A stretch of 36,263 nucleotides of DNA from a virus. Its lineage: Duplodnaviria > Caudoviricetes. Under the pieces are notes generated by a model. The model did no database searches. It had not been told where the DNA came from and was given only the letters and a program-made list of their open reading frames with translations. The stretch lies in the IMG/VR virus record IMGVR_UViG_3300032255_000009, positions 1 to 36,263 of that record; one strand, given 5' to 3'. Position numbers and translations under genes: made by a program. The stretch's first letter is position 1, and each line of letters starts with the position of its first letter. Below, piece by piece: positions 1 through 8,083 of this stretch.

Positions 1-126
1 AGAACACTCGAAGAGAGTTCAGGGAATGCCGGATGAACACATAGTGTTCTGCGGTCAGCGCCTATTTTTCTTTTGAAGCACAGGGAACTGAGATTGTAAA
101 TCTCAGCAAGTTTTCGGGTGTCGTTT

Positions 127-174
127 TGTAGCGCGACAATCATTTTGCGACAAACTGACAATCATTTTGCGACA
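127..174 (+). repeat. Phage end (attR-equivalent): TG terminus plus two tandem transposase-binding repeats
   Basis: TGTAGCGC then GACAATCATTTTGCGACA at 135-152 and 157-174 (22-bp period), same layout as Mu R1/R2; distal to the mom-position methylase. Confidence 0.85.
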
Positions 175-206
175 TGATTTTAGTCCCGTTTTACAGTGAG
201 TTTGGA

Positions 207-605
207 TCAAGCTTGACGTAGGTTCAAACGCTCCTTCTCCAACTTCTTTTTATATTCTTCGATTTCTTGGTTTAGGCCAAAAAATATAGCCTTCGCCGCT
301 ATTTCGCTGTATTCATTTGAGATGTCTTTAAACCAACCCACCACTGTCGAATACTCACCAACCGACTTCTCATTGGCGACTGTCTGGAAAACACCATGCA
401 GGTATGCTTCTAATGATGGGTTATCAAAAACGGCTTCGTCTAGATCGGGATTAATGCTGATATAGTCCCAATGGATAACCGAGTACTTTGTCTTTTTAAC
501 TATATAAATATATGGGATGCTTTTCTCAGTACATTCTCTAAACCATTCGTTCTGAACATCAATATCATTATCATTTTTTAAGACTTCATACATCTTCTGT
601 CCCAT
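207..605 (-). CDS. Hypothetical terminal accessory protein
   Basis: AT-rich ORF; GGAGG precedes ATG at 605 (track start 611 is TTG); no recognisable motif. Confidence 0.7.
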   Translation of the reverse strand: MGQKMYEVLKNDNDIDVQNEWFRECTEKSIPYIYIVKKTKYSVIHWDYISINPDLDEAVFDNPSLEAYLHGVFQTVANEKSVGEYSTVVGWFKDISNEYSEIAAKAIFFGLNQEIEEYKKKLEKERLNLRQA

Positions 606-660
606 AACCAAACCTCCTTTTTAAAAGTATCTATAAAGTTACATTAAACCCACTTTAAAA

Positions 661-1425
661 TCACTTCCAACTTCTAATTATTAGTTCTTTCTTGGGTGTC
701 CGGCCTTGGGTGCCTCCTACGGTGTAGGTGATGGGGACAGTCTTCATTCTGAGTCCTTTGAACACTTTCCTGATGTCAGGATGGTCGTTGATGCTGATGA
801 TCATCTTGCCTTTGATTGAATGTGCCAGGCTGGCCATCTGTTCATATTGCTCTAGGCCAAATTCGTTGCCGTAGCCTGCTGTCTGCCAGTAGGGTGGATC
901 GAGATAGAACAGGGTGAAGTCTCGGTCATATCGTTTGATGATGTTTTGCCAGTCCAGGTTCTCGATATTTGTGCGGGTCATACGCATGTGAGCCTGGCTT
1001 AAATCTTCTTCAATGCGTAACAAATTGAAGCGTGGTGGGCTGGTTGTGGCGGTACCATAGGTTTGGCCATCTACCTTGCCACCGAAGGCCAGCTTCTGCA
1101 GGTAATAGAACCGAGCGGCACGTTGGATATCGGTGAGTGTTTCAGGGCGCTTTTCTTGCTCCCAAAGGTAGATTTGGCGACTACTTAAAGCCCATTTAAA
1201 CTGCCTTACAAACTCTTCTAAATGGTGCTGAATGACTCGATATAAATTAACTAGCTCACCATTGAGATCATTAAGTACTTCGACCTTGCTGGGTGGCTTT
1301 TTAAAGAAGATAGCACCCGCTCCGGCGAATGCCTCAACATAGCATTTGTGTTCAGGGAATAATGGCAATATTTTATCTGCCAAGCGTGACTTTCCACCCA
1401 TCCAGGGTATAAACGGTTTGGTCAT
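661..1425 (-). CDS. dam: DNA adenine methyltransferase, Dam/D12 class, in Mu mom position
   Basis: PWMGGKSRLA, EAFAGAGA SAM-binding motif, LNDLN, YLDPPY catalytic motif. Confidence 0.93.
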   Translation of the reverse strand: MTKPFIPWMGGKSRLADKILPLFPEHKCYVEAFAGAGAIFFKKPPSKVEVLNDLNGELVNLYRVIQHHLEEFVRQFKWALSSRQIYLWEQEKRPETLTDIQRAARFYYLQKLAFGGKVDGQTYGTATTSPPRFNLLRIEEDLSQAHMRMTRTNIENLDWQNIIKRYDRDFTLFYLDPPYWQTAGYGNEFGLEQYEQMASLAHSIKGKMIISINDHPDIRKVFKGLRMKTVPITYTVGGTQGRTPKKELIIRSWK

Positions 1426-1562
1426 TTTGTAAGCCTTTTAATTTACAGTTTATGATAAAGTCACCTTACCGTGATCGCGGTGAAAGGTGCCTTGCTGGCT
1501 TACAGTACTCGTTTACTGTTTGCTGGGGCTGGGCTGATGTTAGTGCATCAACCCAGTCGCCC
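1426..1562 (-). promoter_or_regulatory. Structured leader / cis-regulatory RNA upstream of methylase
   Basis: Three hairpins (~1529-1557, 1502-1519, 1462-1488) plus 8-bp pairing of 1497-1504 with 1428-1435 next to the start codon. Confidence 0.6.
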
Positions 1563-1575
1563 TTTCTTTTTTCTA

Positions 1576-2043
1576 TTAAATGATACCTGCACCAGTTAAA
1601 ACAGCACGTAATTCTGTTTCATTCGCTGCTGCATCGATGTCAGTTTGAACCAAAGCGTTAGCATCTAAAATAGCGGTCTTCTCTGTTGCTATTTCAGCTT
1701 TTCGAGTTGTAGCAGTTGTGACAAAAATTTCTTCTTTATCGAGAGGTGCTAATTTTTTTTCACGCTCAATTCGTCGTAAATCATGTGCGATTAATTTAGC
1801 TTTTGGAATATTAAGACCAATAAAACTTTCTTGGTTGCTGTCATCCCACGCTGCTCGAAAAATTTCGTCTTCTGGCTCATCTGTATCGTAAATTTCCCTT
1901 AAATTAATAGCATTTTGGGGCACCACTTTTGAGATTAGATCTGCAGTCGTAAAACCCTGATTAATTGCATCGAGAGTTAATGAGTGAACTTTAACAGGAG
2001 CATCATCACCAGGAATCGTAAAAACTATTTTTGTTTTTGTCAT
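1576..2043 (-). CDS. Putative tail fibre assembly/associated protein
   Basis: Directly downstream of tail fibre; FRAAW motif and C-terminal helical segment typical of fibre-associated small proteins. Confidence 0.55.
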   Translation of the reverse strand: MTKTKIVFTIPGDDAPVKVHSLTLDAINQGFTTADLISKVVPQNAINLREIYDTDEPEDEIFRAAWDDSNQESFIGLNIPKAKLIAHDLRRIEREKKLAPLDKEEIFVTTATTRKAEIATEKTAILDANALVQTDIDAAANETELRAVLTGAGII

Positions 2044-2057
2044 TTTGTTTACCTAAG

Positions 2058-2585
2058 TTAGTTTGCATGCACAGAAACATCAACGTACAACATATTTTCT
2101 GCGGTTGAAGGTTGTAGTTGTGTTATTATTTGAACGGATGAAACTGTTCTAACGCTGGCTCCCGCACTTCTGGGATCGCCGCCTGCTTTAAGACAAGATG
2201 CTAGAGCAGAATAATTTTCATTAGGCATATTTTGGATAAAGGTAATAGTATTAATTCCAACGCCGTCGTTACCTAAACTCAAAACATTAAAACTATCTCG
2301 AATTGTATTATTAGTGCCATCATAGCTTATCCATGCATTAGCAGCTCCCGGTTGCCCTGTGATTGCTTTTGACAACAAAGACAAGTCTGTATCATCAGGT
2401 ACTAACCCTTGGTCAGTTATTACCTTGCGCAGTGATTCACCGACTTTATAAAACCAATGTGGCCCTGGTATGGTTGCTTCCAGGCCTGTACCTGGGTCAG
2501 CGGCACGCGGGTAACCATTCGATGGGACACCTGGTGCAGCGGGTGGTGCAGCATCAGCATTGGCGGCATAGTTACGTGGTTCCAT
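2058..2585 (-). CDS. Short tail fibre / receptor-binding protein
   Basis: Follows gp48; Mu-like fibre N-terminus (ATIPGPHWF...LVPDDTDLSLLSKAI) plus small beta-rich C-terminal domain (AWISYDG...DSFNV). Confidence 0.7.
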   Translation of the reverse strand: MEPRNYAANADAAPPAAPGVPSNGYPRAADPGTGLEATIPGPHWFYKVGESLRKVITDQGLVPDDTDLSLLSKAITGQPGAANAWISYDGTNNTIRDSFNVLSLGNDGVGINTITFIQNMPNENYSALASCLKAGGDPRSAGASVRTVSSVQIITQLQPSTAENMLYVDVSVHAN

Positions 2586-2599
2586 AATACTTTCTCCTG

Positions 2600-3190
2600 T
2601 TATAGATATTCAAAAATAACAACACAGTGTGCGGGTGCCATTTTAATAATGGCGCACTCCAATTGTGTTCGTGGTAATTCTTGGCCAAGCGATTCATCCA
2701 CTGTACTTTCTACTGTAAACGCAATCACTGGCTGGTCAGTTACTGATAACTTAATTGCGAAGCGCCAGTCTTCGCTATACAAAGGCTCATCAACATTGCT
2801 GTCGACTGAATGTGATTCGTACTCAGTCGTTGTTGCCGGTGCAAAACCTAGAAGCTCTGCTATACCAATTAGCTCTTGATTACTATCGTTAGATTTTTCG
2901 GTAACCTTGGCCGTTAATATCAGCTGACGTTCTGTAATGGTTGCGCCTAAGTAACCACAATCGCCTGGTATTGCATGGGCACGTTCCCAGTCGGGTAACA
3001 ATTCAACGGCTGAACGTGGGTCTGCTTCATCAATTAAATCAACCGCCCGTGAATCAATGCGTGCAAACTCAGTGGCAATACCTTTTAAGAACTTGCTGTA
3101 AAATGAATTATCACGCAGCAACGATGTCCACAACTTACCCCGTGGGTGAAGTTGTTTTAGTTGATGTTGATAATCTTCAACCGTTGGCAT
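2600..3190 (-). CDS. Baseplate protein, Mu gp48 / DUF2313-like
   Basis: LHPRGKLW, ELLPDWER, LECAI..MAPAH motifs; synteny. Confidence 0.88.
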   Translation of the reverse strand: MPTVEDYQHQLKQLHPRGKLWTSLLRDNSFYSKFLKGIATEFARIDSRAVDLIDEADPRSAVELLPDWERAHAIPGDCGYLGATITERQLILTAKVTEKSNDSNQELIGIAELLGFAPATTTEYESHSVDSNVDEPLYSEDWRFAIKLSVTDQPVIAFTVESTVDESLGQELPRTQLECAIIKMAPAHCVVIFEYL

Positions 3191-4282
3191 TTACAATGCG
3201 CTCCAAGTAAAGGTACCAGGCGTTAATAATTCACCGGCGTTTAACGTTATGTTTGTAGCAGGAGAAACCAGAACATGATCTTGTTCATCGGTTGAAGAAC
3301 TAATAACTTCACGGATATGTGAAATCAACATCATCGCATTACCGCTACCGTCTTCAACTTTAGCTTCGCGTAAAAACAAGGCTTTTATAGCCGACTCAAC
3401 TGCGGCCTGAACAGCCGCCGTGTTCGGTGAAAGCTGAATGTCAAAGTTTTGTACTACTTCAGTTGGCGCTATCGCACTAAACCCTTTCATACCTGAAGGA
3501 CGCAGTACATCGATATAGTCTTGCACTGTTTGTACTTCAGCTGCATCGGGAATAAGTGATGCATCATCATCACGCACAAAGAATAAACCCACCGTGCCAT
3601 AACCCATCCAATTGCTATAAGACCAGGCGCGGGTGACACCGGCCACTTCACGTGCCCACACTTCATATTGATCGTTGTTCGATCCATTTGGGTTTTTAGC
3701 AATGCGTTCACGAATGCGCTGGTTAACCTGGCCAAAGGTTTCCTGGTCGGTACCACCAGTTAAGTCACCCGTGGCCACCGTAGCATTAGAGTTAATACCG
3801 GCAACCGGTACGGTTAATGTTAACGTCGTGCCTTCGCTGGCATTGGTGTCTTGGCCAGCGCCATCAATCTCAACCGTGGCTGTAACAGCAACCGTGGCCA
3901 CACCGGCAACAATGGTGGCATCGGCATCGGTGACATAATCAAAACCGGCACGCTGAAGAACACTGCCTGCAGCCAATATTTTTCCATCGGTACCTATTAA
4001 GTCAACATTACCCTTAGCCCCCACAGCCGCTTTTCGTCCTTGTTTTAAATATAACGTTGCCTGTTGTTTAATAACGGCTTCATCAGTAGCGTAACCAGGG
4101 ATTACTTGTTTCGCTAAATACTGAATGTGGCCATGCAAGCCATGTGCAACACCCACCACCGCTTTACTTAATGCAGCTATTAAACTACTACGCAACCAGC
4201 CATACGTGCTATTCGTTTCAGTTTCAACATCAGAGCGAAAATACTGTTTTAACTTTGCTATTGTTGGTCTGGTGAATGCCAT
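3191..4282 (-). CDS. Baseplate wedge protein J-like (Mu gp47)
   Basis: GGTDQE, YEVWAREVAGVTRAW motifs; synteny. Confidence 0.92.
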   Translation of the reverse strand: MAFTRPTIAKLKQYFRSDVETETNSTYGWLRSSLIAALSKAVVGVAHGLHGHIQYLAKQVIPGYATDEAVIKQQATLYLKQGRKAAVGAKGNVDLIGTDGKILAAGSVLQRAGFDYVTDADATIVAGVATVAVTATVEIDGAGQDTNASEGTTLTLTVPVAGINSNATVATGDLTGGTDQETFGQVNQRIRERIAKNPNGSNNDQYEVWAREVAGVTRAWSYSNWMGYGTVGLFFVRDDDASLIPDAAEVQTVQDYIDVLRPSGMKGFSAIAPTEVVQNFDIQLSPNTAAVQAAVESAIKALFLREAKVEDGSGNAMMLISHIREVISSSTDEQDHVLVSPATNITLNAGELLTPGTFTWSAL

Positions 4283-4717
4283 TTAAGCCGCCTTTAATTC
4301 GTATTCAAATAATTCTTCAAACGCACTGCCATCCAGCATCGCCATCACAATCACGATGGCCATCACACCCGAGCGCAACCAATACGTTTCCACGTTGACT
4401 TTTGATGCAATGCCATTTTCAATAAACCAACGCAGTGCTTCGGTTGCATACTCTTTGCCGCGGTCTAATGTTTTTTGCGTTTCTTTAGCGCGTTCGAGTA
4501 ACCACAATCGAGATCCCGTGCTGTCATCTTCATAAGCATCACCCCAATGGCCACGCTTATCATTTGACCCATCGGGTATTTCATCATCATCACGTGCACG
4601 TGCGTCAGTAAATAGACTAATCATCACGGCTGTGCGTAATCCGATATCGGCATCCAAGTCATCCTGGCCAACACCAGTGTCGAATTGTTTGTTATCAAAG
4701 TTAAGTGCGATATCCAT
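4283..4717 (-). CDS. Baseplate protein, Mu gp46-like
   Basis: AVMISLFTDARA, RGHWGD, GSRLWLL motifs; start reassigned to MDIAL at 4717. Confidence 0.9.
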   Translation of the reverse strand: MDIALNFDNKQFDTGVGQDDLDADIGLRTAVMISLFTDARARDDDEIPDGSNDKRGHWGDAYEDDSTGSRLWLLERAKETQKTLDRGKEYATEALRWFIENGIASKVNVETYWLRSGVMAIVIVMAMLDGSAFEELFEYELKAA

Positions 4718-4872
4718 TACAGCACCCACCAAATTAACCAAGCCAAGCCGCTCAAAACAAGGGCTAAAAGAAAGTGTATGCTCCACCAATTTGGATAATA
4801 TCCATGTGCCTCGTATGCATCCCAAAAACAGAAAACACTGATGAATAAGGGGATTATCATGCTCCAGGTCAT
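4717..4872 (-). CDS. 51-aa hydrophobic micro-protein (two putative TM segments), not in ORF track
   Basis: MTWSMIIPLFISVFCFWDAYEAHGYYPNWWSIHFLLALVLSGLAWLIWWVL; ATGA overlap with gp45 stop and TAATG overlap with gp46 start. Confidence 0.75.
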   Translation of the reverse strand: MTWSMIIPLFISVFCFWDAYEAHGYYPNWWSIHFLLALVLSGLAWLIWWVL

Positions 4873-5465
4873 TGTGGTACTCCTGTATTCGCCGTGCCAG
4901 CAGCCACACCGCCGTGAACGTGTGTACCCAATTCAATACCGCTGGTTGAAACACCTGCAGTACTATCAATTTGTCCAGCCGCATCAATCGTCTGGCCCAC
5001 TGTTAACTTGCCGGTAATTTCACACTCCGGTGTAGTCATGGTGACTTTTGTGCTGGCAAGAATTTCGACGTTAGGTGCCTTGCTCGTTATCTTATTCATC
5101 GCATCAATATAAATATGATTACCACGTTTAAAATGAATCACATCGCCTTCATCGGTGTAGAGTGCCACTTCACCTTTAGCTAAACCTTTTAATCTAAATG
5201 ACCGGTTGGCCACCGCAATGGCAACAGTATGTGAACGTTGCCCGTTTAACGACGCCGTGAGTACTTCAGAATCATCCGGCGCATGCGCGGTCATGCCATA
5301 TGCTTCAAAGTGCTCAATATCATCGAGTACTTCATTCTTGAGCAATTCGACTTGTAACATTTGCATGAGTTGGTTTGGATCGATGAGCGTAACAACACCA
5401 CGCGACACCAACTGGCGAACTTTACGACGCAAAGGTTTTAACACCATGTTAAGCATGCGCCGCAT
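4869..5465 (-). CDS. Baseplate spike, Mu gp45-like
   Basis: EHFEAYG, GEVALYTDEG, C-terminal HVH metal-binding motif. Confidence 0.9.
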   Translation of the reverse strand: MRRMLNMVLKPLRRKVRQLVSRGVVTLIDPNQLMQMLQVELLKNEVLDDIEHFEAYGMTAHAPDDSEVLTASLNGQRSHTVAIAVANRSFRLKGLAKGEVALYTDEGDVIHFKRGNHIYIDAMNKITSKAPNVEILASTKVTMTTPECEITGKLTVGQTIDAAGQIDSTAGVSTSGIELGTHVHGGVAAGTANTGVPQ

Positions 5466-6493
5466 TAGAAACCGTCCTCATCTTCTTCAACCGGTACCGG
5501 AATCAAATCCAATGCTTCAGGGGGTAACAATTGCAACTCGGTACGCTGGCCATCTTCATCCATCGTAAAAGTGACATGAACAATCAATAAGTCGGTATCA
5601 AGTTCGTTATAAGCATCAACCACTCGCACTAACTTATTAGGTGCCCATAAACCAGTGTCATGTCGCCAACCATTCACGGTATAGGTCTTGGCTTGTGATT
5701 CTCCAAAACGAATATTGCGGTCGTACTCTGCAATACGTTTGGCATCGTTCAACGTTAGGTCATCAGGCTCAATGAATATTGTGCGTGCTTTGCGAATATT
5801 TTTATCGATGGCCACACCGTCGATATGTGCTGCAACCGAACCAAACCCGTCATCATCACCGGCTGTTTGTCCTGACACAGTATAAGAATAAAACCGATCA
5901 CGCTTACTGCGCTTAGCGGATCCAGTGAGAATGTTTTCACCCAAAATTAAAGCCGTGCTAATTTTTTCTTTACTGGCACGGGTGATCACTAAGTCGCCTT
6001 GTGCGTTGCTGGTTAAATGCACGGCACGATAGGTAGCCAGCTTCGCTAGAAACTCATGATAAGTCTCAGCTACATCACGAATCTTTTCTTTAAATGCTTC
6101 ACCCACATCTGTTTCAACAATCACCTTAATGCCAAACACCGCACATTCTTTTTTTGCAATGGCCGCTAAATCTAAATTTTTATGTGTTTTTGACATAGTA
6201 GAACAATCCACCAGGTCACCCAGCTTAGAACGACCATTCACTGCTAGACTATGGTTTGTCGCATCGTAATTAGTAAGCACATCATCGGTATAACCCGTAA
6301 TGACTATCTCACCATCAATCTCAACCACGCATGGGCTATCTTCATTCACGGCACGTTTTGTTTTTGAGTTTGCCCACTTATCGGTTAGCTCCAGTTCAAA
6401 GGTGTCAGCAAATCGACGCATGCCACGTTGAATTTTAATGCTCTTCCAACCACCATATATTTGACCATCTACTTTTAAGGCTAAATCAGACAT
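5465..6493 (-). CDS. Baseplate hub, Mu gp44 (P)-like
   Basis: GQIYGGWKSI, GRSKLGDLVDCS, LWAPN motifs; start reassigned to MSDLAL. Confidence 0.9.
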   Translation of the reverse strand: MSDLALKVDGQIYGGWKSIKIQRGMRRFADTFELELTDKWANSKTKRAVNEDSPCVVEIDGEIVITGYTDDVLTNYDATNHSLAVNGRSKLGDLVDCSTMSKTHKNLDLAAIAKKECAVFGIKVIVETDVGEAFKEKIRDVAETYHEFLAKLATYRAVHLTSNAQGDLVITRASKEKISTALILGENILTGSAKRSKRDRFYSYTVSGQTAGDDDGFGSVAAHIDGVAIDKNIRKARTIFIEPDDLTLNDAKRIAEYDRNIRFGESQAKTYTVNGWRHDTGLWAPNKLVRVVDAYNELDTDLLIVHVTFTMDEDGQRTELQLLPPEALDLIPVPVEEDEDGF

Positions 6494-7643
6494 CAGATAA
6501 AATCTCCAGTGAATGGCCACCCTGAACAAATCCTGCGTGAGGAATATTGTTGCGTGTCACTAATTCACTTTCACGAGTGGCATCACCATAAACCTGATGG
6601 GCAACAACCAACGCCGGTAAGGTGGTCAAAGGCGTGTGTTGTTTAATTTTTGGTAGTTGAGCCGAACGAGTGCGTAAGTCTCGAATCACAACAGCACGTA
6701 GCTCTGTCAGACTAAAATACATCTCATCAGCAACCGGTGAACCATCAACAATATTTTCTTGCTCAATTTGGTTTTCCAGTGCAGTGGCTAAATCTTGTTG
6801 CACACGCAGCGCATCATTACTGGTTGCAAAATTTGTGGTGGTCGCTGTTTTTGCACTCTCACAAATAGCAACGCGCTTTGTCAGTGTCACCAGGGCTTGT
6901 TTTGAATTTGCCGCTTGTCGACCTTGCGGTGTGCGGGTTGATGGATAAGCGGGCTCCTCTTTATTGAAAATATTTTTATATAAATTTAAAGCATTACCAG
7001 GTTCATCTAGCAAGGTGTGAACACGAGAGAGGGAACCCGCAATGGCACCGCCCATATTAAAGGGAACACGAATTAAACTGGCGATGGGAACGGTAGCCGC
7101 ACCCGTTACGTTTTCAACGGCACCGAGAATATTATCAAGCTCGCGGGTTAAATCATCCACATACCCTTGCGCCTGACCGAGCACATCAAAGTTTTTCGCA
7201 AAATCATTAATGCTATCAGCAATGGACTTATCAGCCTGTTTATTAACTTCACTGACCGTGTCATAGGTGGTGCTTGGATAGCGCGGCTTGGCTTCGGCTT
7301 CAACATAGCTCAGCGTGAAGGTGGCCTTGCCATGAGAACGGCTAGACTCACTCATCCGTGCATCAATAATGGAAACCAGCATGCTGCCATATTTTGGGTG
7401 CAATAATGTGCCGTCCCCGGGTAACTCAACAGCATCAATTAATTTATCACGTGCTTGCTGCCAGCCATCACCCATCACGGAGATTTGAATCGTGTATTGT
7501 CGTGCCTTCTTGCCAAGGTCTTCAACATAAGGCTCATCACGCTGTGGATATTCATGCAACACGTTACGACGGCCAAAAGATAAATCTTCACTGGTCACAA
7601 TGAACTCAGCATCACGAAACTGTCCAATCACATTACGACTCAT
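6486..7643 (-). CDS. DNA circularisation protein, Mu gp43 (N)-like
   Basis: GRRNVLHEYPQRDEPYVEDLG, GTLLHPKYG, PALVVAHQVYGD..R motifs; GGAGG before ATG 7643. Confidence 0.92.
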   Translation of the reverse strand: MSRNVIGQFRDAEFIVTSEDLSFGRRNVLHEYPQRDEPYVEDLGKKARQYTIQISVMGDGWQQARDKLIDAVELPGDGTLLHPKYGSMLVSIIDARMSESSRSHGKATFTLSYVEAEAKPRYPSTTYDTVSEVNKQADKSIADSINDFAKNFDVLGQAQGYVDDLTRELDNILGAVENVTGAATVPIASLIRVPFNMGGAIAGSLSRVHTLLDEPGNALNLYKNIFNKEEPAYPSTRTPQGRQAANSKQALVTLTKRVAICESAKTATTTNFATSNDALRVQQDLATALENQIEQENIVDGSPVADEMYFSLTELRAVVIRDLRTRSAQLPKIKQHTPLTTLPALVVAHQVYGDATRESELVTRNNIPHAGFVQGGHSLEILSDV

Positions 7644-7699
7644 GCGAAATTCCTCCAATATGCTACACTGAGGGCATCACGATAATTAAGGATAATGTT

Positions 7700-8077
7700 A
7701 TGAAAAAACGGTTGTTGATTTTGTTGTTGTTTCCCACGTTGGCAATGGCCGATGCTGAAAAACGCATGGTTAAATATGAGTGTGAACAAGTTAACCCAAA
7801 AGCGGCAAACTTCACGTGTAAAGTGAATGATGGTATTAAGCTTCATATGCTTAAAAAGAAAACGGATTTGACCAATGAACAACAAAAGCGAGCGCAATAT
7901 GAATGGGATAGAATTACCACAAACATTCTTCATGCTGGTGGTCATGGCTATAAAGTGACCGCAAACTTTTGGCCAAAAAATGCTATTCGAGAATGCCGCA
8001 AAGTTCATAAACGAATGAGATATAATTGCACTGATTACTTGATACAAAAAGACGGTAGCTATAAAGAAGCTAAGTAA
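7700..8077 (+). CDS. Secreted/periplasmic moron protein, antisense within tail operon
   Basis: Signal peptide MKKRLLILLLFPTLAMA, four Cys, AAGGA RBS, candidate extended -10 TGCTACACT at 7661-7669. Confidence 0.75.
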   Translation: MKKRLLILLLFPTLAMADAEKRMVKYECEQVNPKAANFTCKVNDGIKLHMLKKKTDLTNEQQKRAQYEWDRITTNILHAGGHGYKVTANFWPKNAIRECRKVHKRMRYNCTDYLIQKDGSYKEAK

Positions 8078-8083
8078 CATCAT

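Noticed and set aside
1-126. Inverted repeats in presumed host flank (1-8/43-50; 88-106)
   Set aside because: Too short to assign a function or host locus
135-174. Direct repeats as a CRISPR array
   Set aside because: Only two copies with 4-bp spacing, no cas genes; fits transposase binding sites
1576-2585. Diversity-generating retroelement or invertible fibre cassette
   Set aside because: No reverse transcriptase, recombinase, TR/VR pair or flanking inverted repeats seen
4718-4987. N-terminal 90 aa of the 234-aa ORF-track call
   Set aside because: Overlaps gp45 and the micro-ORF; gp46 motifs start at MDIAL
7640-8083. 147-aa minus-strand ORF
   Set aside because: Shadow of the plus-strand signal-peptide gene, which has RBS and promoter candidates
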